Below are positions 38,653 through 53,229 of a stretch of DNA of 64,000 bases, one piece after another. Source of the DNA: Eledone cirrhosa (lineage: Eukaryota); the NCBI GenBank assembly GCA_964016885.1, contig OZ024743.1, positions 29,822,001 through 29,886,000 of the forward strand. The letters are read 5' to 3'. The notes beneath the pieces were generated by a model. That model was not told where the DNA came from. It made no database searches and was given only the letters and a program-made list of their open reading frames with translations. The translations under genes were made by a program, and so were the position numbers. Each line of letters starts with the position of its first letter. Position 1 is the stretch's first letter.

Positions 38653-40372
38653 GCAAAAGTTTTATTTATAATTGTTGGGATACAAGAAGTAAATATTTTA
38701 TAACTGATATAAAGCACTCGACAAGTTTTTGGAGTAGATATACGATATTAAATAAATGGAAACTATATTTATAAAACCATATTTATTTCATTATACATAT
38801 TTCAGGGATACCAAATTAAAATATGGCATGCCTTCGTCAGATAAAATACAATATATAAACAGTTTTATAAATAATTTTGAAACCTGACGATAAATCATTT
38901 GATTCCTTCACCTTTTTTCTTTTTAAACTTTCTTCCTGAATATAAACAAGGATATAATAAACTACTCTAAAATGTATATGCTCCCAATGTATTAAATAAA
39001 ATTTACGTAAGATACATTTCTAAACTAAATATAAGGGCATCCGTAAAATCACTGGGTCTTCTAAATCTTTTAAATAATTTTTGTTTTTTATTTGTTTTTT
39101 GACTCTAATAGCTTCTAATAACTTTCATATGTCTACCCTTGCAATATTTTGTTTGAGATATAGGTAGGATAGATTTCTATAATAAATATATGAAGCATAT
39201 TGTTTTGGCTTGAGATACTCTATAGTGTGTTAAAGATGTTTTAATGCTTTGATATTTCTGTATTAATATATTGATATTTGATTATCTCTATACAAAGGCC
39301 ATTTGTGTGTATTAACATGCATATAATGGGTTTATAGAGTTTATTTATATATGTCTGTATATGTGCATAACGATGCTGGAAAACTCACGAAGATATTTAT
39401 TTATACATATATCTATCTATATGTATGGTTCTGTGTGTATATGTTGATGTGTGGTGCAGATGTACATAATATTAAATACATGAACGGTAATCATGTATGT
39501 GAGGACATGAATATTAATCGTGTGTTTTATGTATATATACTGTGAAATTTTTATAACACAAGAAATGTATAGAAGTGATCAGCTGAAATCATTTGTATGT
39601 CTATATTATTGACTAGAGTAGACATAATTTTCTCTTTTTTCTTTTTTCAGAACGTACATAAGCGTGTATATATATATATACATATATGTATCCGTATTTT
39701 TATAAATAGGGTAATCTTTGAAGGTTTTAACTCAAATGTTGGTATATTGACCTCAGAGTTTTAAACTAAACATATGGTCATTATTGAACAGTCTTATTTT
39801 CTCATATTATATATTCATGAATATTGATATTTGCATTTTTATTATTCATTTCAAATGAATTGTTAATTCAACTTAATATGACATGACATAAAGTTGTCAC
39901 TGTATCCTCTTCTCTCTATATAGTACTTCCTCTCTTGAGTTTCTCTATCTGTATGATAAATTATTATCTCTCTGTTGCTTTCTTTTGCCTTTCTTATTTC
40001 TTTCTTTTTTCTTTTTCATTTCCTCCTATCTATTTATATATATCTTCCTTTTTTCTCTCTCTCCTTCTTTTTCTCTCTCCTTATCTCTCTCCGATTTTTC
40101 TTTCTCTCCGTTTTTTTCTTTCTCTCCGTCTTTTTTCTAACTGTGCTAAACACTATAACTAATAAAATAATTATAAACATCTCACTATCCAGACAGCTTC
40201 CAAAAATAATTGGTCGCTTCTAATAGGGTACGTCAAAATTATTTATAAAACTGTTTATATATTGTATTTTATCTGACGAAGGCGTGCCATATTTTAATTT
40301 GGTATCCCTGAAATATGTTTAATGAAATAAATATGGTTTTATAAATATAGTTTCCATTTATTTAATATCGTA
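38653..40372 (-). mobile_element. H1-subfamily insertion: tail 38653-38745, arms 38745-38872 / 40238-40372, 1.36-kb decayed interior
   Basis: Hammerheads TATTTTAT CTGACGA AGG..CCT GAAA TATGT(A/T) TA ATGAAATA at 38784-38848 (-) and 40265-40329 (+). Confidence 0.8.
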
Positions 40373-40435
40373 TATATATATATATATGTACATTTATCTA
40401 TATATGACTCTATCTACAATCAATCAATAAATCAT

Positions 40436-40497
<62 letters not shown>

Positions 40498-41064
40498 ACA
40501 TTAACAGAGAAATCTTTAAGCTATACTATGACTGGCTTCCATCTCACTCAACAAACATTAGGATATACCTTAGTATAATCCAAATTTTACGTTTGGGGTG
40601 CTAACTATATGTATTTTGCGGAAGGCCAGTTGTATTATTTTATATGAGACAATTAAAATATATCTCCCTTTCCAAACAATTGTTTCATTATAAGTGTTCT
40701 ACAAGTTGGGAGAATGTGTCCGGGTTATGTAGAAGCCTTCACATATTCCGTAGGAATATATGCAGGTGGGCACTTATAAATCATCATTGGATGCCCGTCA
40801 AACATCGATATAAAAAAAACTCTCTTACCGATGTCTAATCCCATGTCAGCGATGGTCTCTCTCCGTATCAGAATGACCGCCAAATTTGAAATTCCAGCAG
40901 TCTCAGAATGAGGAATCTGACACTATCATCAAACAGAAAGTGGAGGTCATCGCGAAACACAAGGAAATAAAATAATACACACGCGGGTCAATTAATTTTT
41001 TCAACAATTTTAACCTTGCGTGTGAAGAACTGAATTAGATTAAAAAAAAATAAATATATGCATG

Positions 41065-41115
<51 letters not shown>

Positions 41116-41243
41116 GGATATCTTTTCGAAGGATGCCGGGAAGACACTACAGTTAAATTGAGTACACAGACCATTAGCAGGAAATTTACATATGCACGCG
41201 CAGACACGAACACACATACATTGACACTCACACACACATATAA

Positions 41244-41274
<31 letters not shown>

Positions 41275-41289
41275 CATATATATATATAC

Positions 41290-41429
<140 letters not shown>

Positions 41430-41637
41430 ATTCATTTATTTGCACAGATGGAATTTTTAAGGAAACAATATCTGGGTTTCAGATGATTCTGCATTAGGGT
41501 AAAAGCAGAAATACTTTGTTTAAAATTTTAATCACTGTTAACAAGGAATATTTATTCTACGAATTTATTTATATTTATATATACAAGGCATATCAAGCCC
41601 CTTTAGCATTTATAGTCACTACTATAAATATATATAT

Positions 41638-41740
41638 ACATGGTGTCCTCCAAAAATGTATACGAACTTCAACAGCTTTAAAATAAATATTGCCCGTACA
41701 GGTAAACAAAGTGTGTATACATATTTGGCACACACACTAT
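41638..41740. mobile_element. Decayed Tc1/mariner-like MITE
   Basis: Imperfect TIRs GTGTCCTCCAAAAATGTATAC / GTATACATATTTGGCACACAC flanked by TA. Confidence 0.45.
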
Positions 41741-41813
41741 ATATATATATATATATAATATTATAATGAAATGACCGGAGGCTGGATTTATGTAAATCCT
41801 TGAAAGGTTTATT

Positions 41814-41871
41814 ATACTATGATCATTTCAATGACCGGGTTCCGTATGAATTCGGTGATATCATCAGGTAT
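41814..41871 (-). ncRNA. Type I hammerhead (H2)
   Basis: Reverse complement of 44862-44919. Confidence 0.75.
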
Positions 41872-44861
41872 TCGAATTATAATACGTGAATGTAATAGAT
41901 AAAATCGATGGGGCTGAAAATCGAGGACCCGAGCGCGACCGCTATTTAGTTCCTTCAACCTCAGCCGGTCGCCCTCGAGTGACGTGGCTAAAGTTTACAG
42001 TATGCTACTACCGTTCAGATAAACGAAAACAGACAGGGATGGGAACATAAGTTAGCGTCAATCTCATGCCACAAGGTAAAAGAAAGAAAGACAGGAAGGA
42101 GAGAGAAGAAGGGGGAAGGAAGAAGAAGCGAAGCCAGGGTTAATGTCAGCTATAAGAAGAAAGACAACTACTACCGGTCAGATATAGGCAAGAAAAAGGG
42201 GGAAGGAAGATAAGTCTGCGGGGGGAAGACAGGAGGAGGGGAGAAGAGAAGAGAGAAGTAGAAAGTAAGGGTTGATGGCTACAAGAAGGAAGATAGAAAG
42301 AAAGAGGAAAAAAGGTCGATATTAATGTCAGACCACAGTCAGGCCAGGAGTGGCGCGAGAAAATGTCACAGGGACCCGCGTCTTAGTAGAGATGAATATA
42401 TTGGGAGTCATTGTGTTACAATGTTTAGACATATAGGATGAAGTTAAATTAATAATCAATATTCAATATTAAGGAGGTTAGAAAATTTAAAATTAAACAG
42501 TTTAACATTTTCAGGTTGATATATCTAATAGTTCCGATTTGATCTGTAATTTAAAGGTACTATGTGGCGGTTAAAACACCGGCCGCGCTCCGGGCCCCAT
42601 GGCGAATTAAGCTACGCCGAGTATTTTCATTTACCGAAAGAAGGGGAAATTTATTTTTCCAAGCACTCCAGGCAAGCCCGTGCGCCAGGGGGCTGGTCGC
42701 GCCGCCATCAAAACCCACCCAACAGTCCACAGAAAGTTGGAACCTTAAAGTATTGCTTAACTTTATAGGATGAAGTTGAAAGAATTCAGAATAACATTAT
42801 AAAATTAAAGAGTAAGAAGATTGAGAATAGAACAAACAGAAAATTGAAAATTATAATGTGTGAGCGGAATATTGGAACGTTACGTTTTTGTTTAGACTTA
42901 TAGGATGAAGTTAAAAAATTAATAATCAATATTCAATATTAAAGAGGTTAGAAAATTTAAAGTTCAACAGTTTAACATTTTCAGGTTGATATATCTATTA
43001 GTTCCGATTTGTTCTGTAATTTAAAGGTACTATGTGGCGGTTAAAACACCGGCCGCGCTCCGGGCCCCAGGACGAATTAAGCTACGCCGAGTATTTTCAT
43101 TTACCGAAAGAAGGGGAAATTTATTTTTCCAAGCACTCCAGGTAAGCCCGTGTGCCAGGGGGCTGGTCGCGCCGTCATTAAAACCCACCCAACAGTCCGA
43201 TAGAATGTTGGAACCTTAAAATATTGCTTAACTTTATAGGATGAAGTTGAAAGAATTCAGAATAACATTATAAAATTAACTCTCCATTTATTAGACAACG
43301 ACTCTTGTTTGTTTATTTATATCTTTACATCTTTATTTGCTGTATTACTGCCTTTCCACGTACTCTACCTCCATACATCCATGTACTTTTTACTTCCCTT
43401 ATTCGGACTTTTACTCGCGTGTATTCTTAGCACAGACACGGGATTATCTCCCCCCTGGAACATAAATACTGCAACCTGAACTATATTGTAATTCTCCTAT
43501 GTCTTGATTTCTCCATCTTACTCCAACACCACTCTTGTTGGTTTATTTACATATTTATACCTATATATTGATATGTTTATATATTTATACCTTCACTTTA
43601 CCAATGTGCTCTTCCCCGTATTCCACTTCTATGAATCCATGTATTTGTACTCCTCACATTGGGACTTTTGCTCACTTGTACCCATTAGCACACGACACTA
43701 GAATGTCTCCTCCTGAGAACAAAAATAAATATTACACGACTATATCCCGTACTCTACATCCCACTAGGATAAATTACAGATCTACATAATACAATTAACG
43801 TTTCTTCATAAAAGACTCTATTTAATTAAACCCCACAACCCAAAACCTCATAGAAATTCTTTGAATGTTTAATCTTCAATTTTCTGTTTGTTCAATTCTC
43901 AATCTTCTTACTCTTTAATTTTATAATGTTATTCTGAATTCTTTCAACTTCATCCGATAAAGTTAAGCAATATTTTAAAGTTCCAGCTTTCTGTGTGACT
44001 GTTGGGTGGGTTATAATGGCGGCGTGACCAGCCCCTGGCGCACGGGCTTACCTGGAGTGCTTGGAAAAATAAATTTCCCCTTCTTTCGGTAAATGAAAAT
44101 ACTCGGCGCAGCTTAATTCGCCCTGGGGCCCGGAGCGCCGCCGGTGTTTTAACCGCCACATAGTACCTTTAAATTACAGAACAAATCGGAACTATTAGAT
44201 ATATCAACCTGAAAATGTTAAACTGTTGAACTTTAAATTTTCTAACCTCTTTAATATTGAATATTGATTATTACTTTTTAACTTCATCCTATATGTCTAA
44301 ACATTGTAACACAATGACTCCCAATATATTCACCTCTGCTAAGATGCGGGTCCCTGTGAACATTTTCTCGCGCCACTCCTGGCCTGACTGTGGTCTGACA
44401 TTAATATCGACCTTTCTTCCTCTTTCTTTCTACCTTCCTTCTTGTAGCCATCAACCCTTACTTTTCTACTTCTCTCTTCTCTTCCTTCTCTTCTCCCCTC
44501 CTCCTGTCTTCCTCCCGCAGACTTATCTTCCTTCCCCCTTTTTCTTGCCTATATCTGACTGGTAGTAGTTGTCTTTCTTCTTATAGCTGACATTAACCCT
44601 GGCTTCTCTTCTTCCTTCCCCCTTCTTCTCTCTCCTTCCTGTCTTTCTTTCTTTTACCTTGTGGCATGAGTTTGACGCTAACTTATGTTCCCATCCCTTT
44701 CTGTTTTCGTTTATCTGACCGGTAGTAGCATACTGTAAACTTTAGCCACGTCACTCGAGGGCGACCGGCTGAGGTTGAAGGAACAGAATAGCGGTCGCCT
44801 TCGGATCCTCGATATTCAGCCCCATGGATTTTATCTATTACATTCACGTATTATATTTCGA

Positions 44862-44919
44862 ATACCTGATGATATCACCGGATTCATACGGAACCCGGTC
44901 ATTGAAATGATCATAGTAT
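44862..44919 (+). ncRNA. Type I hammerhead (H2)
   Basis: ATAC CTGATGA TATCACCGG..CCGGTCATT GAAA TGATCA TA GTAT. Confidence 0.75.
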
Positions 44920-45193
44920 GATAAACATTTCAAGGATTTACACAAATCCAGCCTCCTGTCATTTTATTATAATATTTAACTCCGTAATAGCACCACCAAC
45001 AACAAAAACAAAGACAGTTGAACTGCTTTACGTTGAGTACTCTCTATATTATTGCATTATGATTGACCATACGGAATAGACCAGCTCTATACAGTGGTGA
45101 ACCTCAAACCTGAATGAATATATATATATATATATATATAAATGTGTGTGTGTGTGTGTGTGTGTGTGTGTTGTGTGTGTGTATGTGTGTGTG

Positions 45194-45655
45194 TGTAAAT
45201 CTGAGTTTTTCGAATATTTATAATAATATTCGATTCATTTGCAATTATGCAAAGCCTCTCAAGCCATGTCATAAGAGAGACTCCGCCATAGCCAGCCATT
45301 AGTCGCTCCTATGCATAATACTGACTCGCCTATCTGCTGATATGCAGATCGAGATGATCAGTGGGTCTGCTAACAGTCAAATCAGGCCGGTCTGTCACTG
45401 TATATTCCAGAAAATATATATTTTCAATAGCTCTAACAGTTGGCAGGTATTGATGAAGGGTAATAACCCAGATACATTAATGTTTTCCGTTCTGTTTATA
45501 TCCCAAACCAAGAGCAAGAATTAGGGGTCATTGTTCTGACATGGCTTAAGAGGTTGTTAGCATAAATGCAAACGAATGGAATACTACTATTAATATTCGA
45601 AAAAATCAGATTCACATTTCTTGTATTCAGCCATATAGTGTGATAAAACTATTTG

Positions 45656-45658
<3 letters not shown>
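45194..45658 (+). mobile_element. Older inverted-arm + tail insertion (arms ~45194-45285 / 45524-45617) with decayed hammerhead at ~45450-45485
   Basis: Diverged inverted repeat; TTGATGA AGGGT-AATA-ACCCA GATA CATTAATG TT. Confidence 0.6.
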
Positions 45659-45732
<74 letters not shown>

Positions 45733-47519
45733 TTGAGTCTAGGGTCTTATTTTGAAATTTTATTTAAACTTATTTTCACACGCATGCAATGATTAAAAAA
45801 ATAGACAGTTAAATCTGGACAATTATTATATCTCATCACAACGGTAAAATGGTCAGTTTAACGTTGGTGTAACGGTAGAACAGTCGCATGGTATACGCCG
45901 TTGTTATGTAAATCCCGACGGATGATGCTTACATTCCCAAATTAGTAGACTATTTTTCCTAGTAAATATCATGCGCTGAAGATATTAACTTTGAATATAT
46001 AATAGTGCCCTACGCAGCCGACGTCTACATATATTATATTAGTATATATGCAGTATAGAGGTCGTCGAGATTAAGTAAATGTCTATATGAATTTATATAT
46101 TGAGTATAGATGCCGCAAATACATATTTTCTTGTAAAAATGAAAAATGATATACATTCGTAATCGATATTATAGAAATATGTAGCATATCTCTGTATTTG
46201 AATATAATTGCACACATTCGAAAATATAGTGCGTCTAAAGACTCAGTTATGCAACGTTTTAAATACAATATTTCATAGATGTTGTTGCACATAAGAGAAT
46301 TCCTTATATCTAAATCTGGTTAGTAGTTTATACGAGCAAAGCTTACATATATATCATATACTCTCTGTTTCCATACGTATAATGTATCCCTGCAACTTGT
46401 GTACATGGAACAACATCTCTATATACTTGAGAAAAACTATAACGGGATTATTCGACACAAAAATTATTCATTGATAAATAAACAGATAAATAATGTTATC
46501 TCGTTTATGGAAGTATTATGGTTTCATTAGATAATTCTAAATAGAAAATTTCCTTGTCGAAGAGAATACATGAATAAGGAAATATTTCAGCGTAGTTTTT
46601 CACTAGAAACATGTACTGATGATTCAACAAATTTGTACACGCTTCGCACAGTTGCGTGCATAAACTCGATTCCTCCTATATACATACGTTAATATATTAA
46701 TCCTAGCCGTACTAAAATACTTGAGACGTATATAAGTACATAAAAATAATACATACATCTGAGTATCAGTATACACGAGAAAAGATACTTCACTAAATAT
46801 AAATACGATTTTAAATTGGTAGGAAAATTTATGGAACGTAAATATGATTTAATGCCTGTGGGAAAAGGACGGCCTAGTAAAGAAGTTACTGGTATAATAT
46901 TTAGGATTTATTCAGTTCAGAATATATATTTTGTAACATATGTTTTGTAAACATGATTCAGAAGGCGAAAGGATTTTCAAAATACTATATATGGGATCTT
47001 GAATGATTTTCAAGGATCAAATACAAGTGTAGAAATCTGGTGAAAGTTTAGTATTAGGCTTTTTTAATGAGTGGGTGTATTGGAAAAATCAATTTTTATA
47101 GTAGAATCGGATGTTAAACCGATCTATCAAAGTGTAACATTGTGGAATTCTATTAACTGATGGGCAATACACCGATTTCTAAACTAAGCGTAATGGGCTC
47201 AGGGTTCTATTTGTGCAATTGAAATTATGTGTATTTTTAGTGTCTCTTTGTAAAAATAATTCTGATTGGTTGAAAGTTGTTTATGGTATGGTTAATTCCC
47301 AATATTTGATTGGTTGAATGTGCTTGATTAATGGACCTTTTACATATATGTGTAGGTGGACTAGTATATTGAATTGCATATTTTTCATTTTCGTTTATAT
47401 TTCATTCTATTGATGGGAGATAGTATTCGGGAAATATTGTCTTAAGAGATTTAACTTTCGATCTATCCACTCATGCGTTCTTAAGACATACCATTGCTAT
47501 TTGCAAATTTCTTTTACTA

Positions 47520-47596
47520 AACTGTTTACCATACGAAATCTATTGATATTTATTTTACTCAACTGTTTACCATACGAAATCTATTGATATTTATTC
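47520..47596. repeat. Tandem duplication, ~41-bp period
   Basis: AACTGTTTACCATACGAAATCTATTGATATTTATT x2. Confidence 0.85.
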
Positions 47597-48121
47597 TTCC
47601 AGCATAAACTAATAAATTGGGTACTAATTAAGATACACATACACCACATATCCAGCAAGTACCAATATACATAAGCCTTCTTGCTATACTACTCCAAGCA
47701 TAGCTATCTGAGTTCCAAATATAAGGGAATTTTGCGATCGTTGTTGTTAACTTATGAATGCAATTATTTTAAAATCATAAATAACCTACATCCTATTGAC
47801 TATTTACAGAAATTTGCTTTTCACTTCCCACTCGGAGCTCGTTGTTCAACCAGTATGGAGTTAGGTCAACATTGTTTTTCGTTTTTTTCATATGTTAACA
47901 TTTAACAACTGTAGGTTAACCAACCCACCGCATATATTAATTTAGTAATTAAGACATGAAATTAGACAATGCTGAAACAATGAGTTGTTTGTAAATATTA
48001 GAGGGATTTGAATATGAATTTGAATTAAGTTGGAGTTAAAAATCGATACAACATCCCTACTTTATTAAGAATTATGAAGGGTCCAGTACAACAGGTCCCT
48101 TGCAAGAGAAATAGGAATGAG

Positions 48122-48186
<65 letters not shown>

Positions 48187-48529
48187 CATACACACCCACT
48201 CATATTATATATATATATACGTTGTTGTATGTGTATATGGGTTTCCGTGTTTCTGTTCAGTTTGCCTAAAGTATTTGAGGACATACCCACTTGTATAGAC
48301 AAGTTCGACGAAATATGTTCACCGAAATAAGATGTTCAAGCATAATCACATTTAAACAAGTAAATGTAATGTAAAAAAGAAATATATTTATGTTTGCTTG
48401 TTTGTGTGTGTAGATAGTCTATTTCCTTCTGAATATAGGAAGTGGGAAAAAGACAAACAAGGGAAAATCGCCTCACAATATCAGAACGTGAGACTCTCTT
48501 TCTCTCTCTTTGTATATATATATATATAT

Positions 48530-48657
<128 letters not shown>

Positions 48658-48710
48658 GTAAGTATGTGTGTATACGTACATACATATATGTATACAGACG
48701 TACAGTAGCA

Positions 48711-48782
<72 letters not shown>

Positions 48783-48947
48783 TATACATATATACATACA
48801 GGTACACATACATATATGCACGCATCAGTTTAGCGGACGCTTATTATAACGCCGCTTTGTTCGTTTGTCAGCAAACTGAACAGCCTGAATTTATGCCATA
48901 CGGTGTTAAGGCAACCACGTCACCTTTTTGTTCAACACTGACACAGG

Positions 48948-48992
48948 AACGATGTACTAGTTTCAAGCTTGTTAGCTATCATCAGCACTGTT
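48948..48992 (-). ncRNA. Type I hammerhead (family R)
   Basis: AACAGTG CTGATGA TAGCT-AACA-AGCTT GAAA CTAG TA CATCGTT. Confidence 0.75.
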
Positions 48993-49229
48993 TATCCATC
49001 TGCCAGATAGTTGAACGTTCGAAAGTATATACTTTCCTTATGATAGCTAACAAGCTTGAAACTAGTACATCGTTCCTGTGTCAGTGTTGAACAAAGAGGT
49101 GACGTGGTTGCCTTAACACCGTATGGCATAAATTCAGGCTGTTCAGTTTGTTGACAAACGAACAAAGCGGCGTTATAATAAGTGTCCGCTAAACTGATGC
49201 GTGCATATATGTATGTGCACCTGTATGTA

Positions 49230-49339
<110 letters not shown>

Positions 49340-49573
49340 TGCTACTGTACGTCTGTATACATATATGTATGTACGTATACACACATACTTACATTTAGGT
49401 AAGTGCCATACTAAGTATGAGAAATGAAATTTCGTTTTCATTTTTTTCAACTTATGGTTTTCGGTATGCCTGACCGATTTAACTCACTCAATATGCAAAT
49501 TAGGCTGCTCAGCCGTTAATTTTCATAAGGAAAGTATATACTTTCGAACGTTCAACTATCTGGCAGATGGGTA

Positions 49574-49618
49574 AACGGTGCTGATGATAGCTAACAAGCT
49601 TGAAACTAGTACATCGTT
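49574..49618 (+). ncRNA. Type I hammerhead (family R), GUA cleavage triplet
   Basis: AACGGTG CTGATGA TAGCT-AACA-AGCTT GAAA CTAG TA CATCGTT. Confidence 0.85.
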
Positions 49619-49788
49619 CCTGTGTCAGTGTTGAACAAAAAGGTGACGTGGTTGCCTTAACACCGTATGGCATAAATTCAGGCTGTTCAGTTTGTTGACA
49701 AACGAACAGAGCGGCGTTATAATAAGCGTCCTCTAAACTGATGCGTGCATATATGTATGTGTACCTGTATGTATATATGTATATATAC

Positions 49789-49867
<79 letters not shown>

Positions 49868-50070
49868 TGCTACTGTACGTCTGTATACATATATGTATGT
49901 ACGTATACACACATACTTACATTTAAGTAAGTGCCATACTAAGAGTGAGAAATGAAATTTCGTTTTCATTTTTTTCAACTTATATATATATATATATATA
50001 TATACATATATATACATATCATTTTTTTCAACTTATATATATATATATATATATACATATATATACATAC

Positions 50071-50171
<101 letters not shown>

Positions 50172-50352
50172 TATATATACATATATATATATATATGTGT
50201 GTGTGTGTTTATGATAATATTTTTATATTATTCAAATAGTGAGGTATAGGTAACCCATACACTATAGAAACAATTGTTACCTAATAGATTCTTTATACCC
50301 GCATTTCAGTTTCATAAACTTCTTCTTTCTCTCTCTCTCTATATATATATAT

Positions 50353-50492
50353 ATTGTTATACTTTGGGAGGGTCATGTTGCCAATAACAAACACACGCAC
50401 CAGCTGCTTTCACTTCAATTTATTATAATAAATTTATAAATTTAGGAATTTTAAATTTACGGTTGGTTGGTTGGTTCCACAACCAGATGGTT

Positions 50493-50498
<6 letters not shown>
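50353..50498 (-). mobile_element. Solo short arm of the PLE at 52681-55383
   Basis: Matches 52682-52822 and starts at the same nucleotide (ATTGTTATACTTTGGGAGGG). Confidence 0.85.
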
Positions 50499-50542
<44 letters not shown>

Positions 50543-50631
50543 GTATATATAATAAAATTTGCTTAAACATAAATGTAACTTACTTTCAACGTTTGGTCTC
50601 GATCAAGAAGAAAATCTGTGAATCAATTATT

Positions 50632-50689
<58 letters not shown>

Positions 50690-52630
50690 GGGGGTGTATG
50701 TGCGTGTATGTGTGTGAGTTACAAACCTAGTCAATATTTGATACATGCGAATAATGGAAATCATTTGATTTCTTAGCAGTCTGTGATTGTATTAGAAATT
50801 ACAATTCAGCTGTTACAAGTGGTTCCTGTCGAAATAGCTTACGAATAAAAACAAGAACAAGAAAGATTTATGACGCTGAAAACTTTGATTATCTGATGCA
50901 CATCATTAAGAATTTTATGGAAAGTTTTGTTGTATGATAAACAGATGAATGCCGTGCAGTGTTTGGTCATTTTGATATATTAAAAAAAACAATTGAACAT
51001 GTTGTATAAAGAAATACACTTTCTTTGATCTAATGTCTAAGAATAAATATATTTATTTTCTTCAAAATACAAAAAAGTGGTTTGTTGGTTAATTTATGAA
51101 CGTACTCAGCATAGGAGAAGAGAGAGAGACAGATATGTCTGTGTAGATCGCCATATTGGAACAACAACAACATAACAATTGTGGTGTCTTCATGACATTT
51201 TACAAAAAAATATTTTTTAATAAAAAGAGTTATTAAATTTAATAAATTTATATAGACTCAGTATTACAGCAATGGATATCTATACATGGACCTGTAGGCG
51301 TTTAAAGTAGAGTTTTGGTGTGCAGAAGACGAAATGATAGACATGTAAGAATATTTGAAAAGAGATGACAGAAACAAAATTGATATATAGAGAAAAATAA
51401 TGAAATAAACCCGATTGCGTTGGATAATTTGTTGCTTATCAAGATGTTCGTTGCCTTTCCATCTTCTTTTTTCGTATTTCCCGAGGCAATTATTAATCCG
51501 TATAATTTGTATATTTAGGGATTTGATGTGCCAAGCTTCATATGCTTTTGGCATAGCACGTTTCCAAAATAAATGCTTTTTCGCAAAACAATTCTTCCTG
51601 ATTCTGCCAATATTTTTTCCTGTTTCGTGTACGATTTTCCTTAAAATGTCCTCCAATGCGTGCAAAAATGCCTTGTTGATTTCGTTTTCTACGTTGTTGA
51701 CACATTGCCAGTTGTAGGATTTCTGGTGAAATCACTGTTTTCTGTTATCAAACATGAATGAAATTCAAATAGGCAAATAGATCTGGCGGCGAAAATATGT
51801 TTTTGGCTCGGGTGATTTGTGAACATACTCGGAGGAGGGGAAAAGAGAGATCACCACTTTAAATCATAATAAACAATAAATCATTTTGGTATCTTTAGGC
51901 ATTTTTAATAAAATATCATTATTCATGCCCGACTTAGAATGTAAGACAATTTGTTCTGGTTGAGGCGGTATTATGAGAGATTTCGAAATACCGATGATTC
52001 TTAAAATTACAGATTAAAGGAAAAGAAAAATGGGATTTATCACTACATTTCCAGTTATTTCTTTATTGATTCAAATATTGTCCCTGGCCAGTTCTAAAAT
52101 TTGGATATATGGATTAACGTTTTGCATTTCGGTGGACACATATTATGAGAATTATTGTAAATTTTATTCCAATTTGGTGTTTATATTACAACAACCTGCT
52201 TTCTAATTTTTTAAAAATGTATACAAGAATTCAATCATTGTCAGGAATAATGATAACATATATTCAATAATAATTTTAAAAGAATTTAAAATGTTTTCTC
52301 TATGACATAAAGCAGTTTCTTTATGAAATACATATTAACTGGTTATATGACATTTTCACAATTGAATACTAAATTGTACAAATCGATCGAGGCGTAAATC
52401 GGTAGCACAGTGCAATACATACAGGAATTATCTAAAGGTTTTACATAGAATATAAGCTTTTAAAGAGAAATTAAATAGCTTTCTGCTAAACAGAAGCATT
52501 CTTTGTTAAGAACAAGACTGGTACACTTATACTTACGTTTCAACCTGGAAAACGGCACATATAGTGCTAGTACACATGTTTCTCCCTCCACACACACACA
52601 CGCAAATAGACACGCCCGCACAAATCTATA

Positions 52631-52687
<57 letters not shown>

Positions 52688-53229
52688 ATACTTTGGGAGG
52701 GTCATGTTGCCAATAAGAAACACACGCACCAGTTGCTTTCACTTCAATTTATTAGAATAAATTTATAAAATTATAAATTTCTGGTTGGTTGGTTGGTTCC
52801 ACAACTAGATAGTTGTTTATATATTGTCATAGTTCTTTTGTCACACACTTTGTGACCTCTTCAGTGACTGGGGATTCCTTTCTTTGTTTTTTGTGCCTCT
52901 CCTTTGTTCTGTCCTACACCATTTTGTTTCCGTGTGTGTGTTGTGTGCTCAGTCTGCGCATGCGCCCCATCCGGGTGTCTGTGTGTGTTTATGTTCATTT
53001 ATTTATTTGTTTATTTACATGTTATTGGTTGGTTGTTTGTTCTATGTTTGTGTGTGTTTTCATTTTGTCCTTAATTGTAAGTAGTGATGTTGCTGTTCCA
53101 CTCATATTTTCTATTTAATTTTGGTTGTAATTCTTTTATGTTTATTGCCTCTGTGATTTGTCTAAACATTGCCTCTTTTCTGTGTGTACATTCTATTTTT
53201 ATTTCTATGTTCTCTAATTTACCCTTGTG

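Larger units (their letters stand above)
41757..45050 (+). mobile_element. 3.3-kb non-coding hammerhead element (family H2): arms 41757-42850 / 43873-44972, extra tandem unit 42888-43280, ~75-nt tail
   Basis: About 1.1-kb inverted repeat; hammerheads at 41814-41871 (-) and 44862-44919 (+); no RT/EN motifs found. Confidence 0.85.

Noticed and set aside
42421-43280. ~467-470-bp period equal to the 31-kb retrozyme unit
   Set aside because: No sequence similarity and no hammerhead in this unit; treated as coincidence
42562-44159. Repeated MAVKTPAALRAP ORFs
   Set aside because: Copies differ by frameshifts and start at GTG; by-product of a GC-rich repeat
45860-45925. Second tRNA-like head (TTGGTGTAACGGTAGAAC)
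   Set aside because: B-box degenerate and no second copy in the window; too weak to annotate
46780-47500. Possible decayed PLE RT on the minus strand; similar faint remnants at 33.7-34.9, 36.0-36.6, 37.6-38.0 and 59.5-59.8 kb
   Set aside because: Only vague motif resemblance by eye; cannot be supported without a profile search
51264-51735. Possible host exon (133-aa and 65-aa minus-strand ORFs)
   Set aside because: No recognisable domain and no consistent splice or frame support; BLASTx needed
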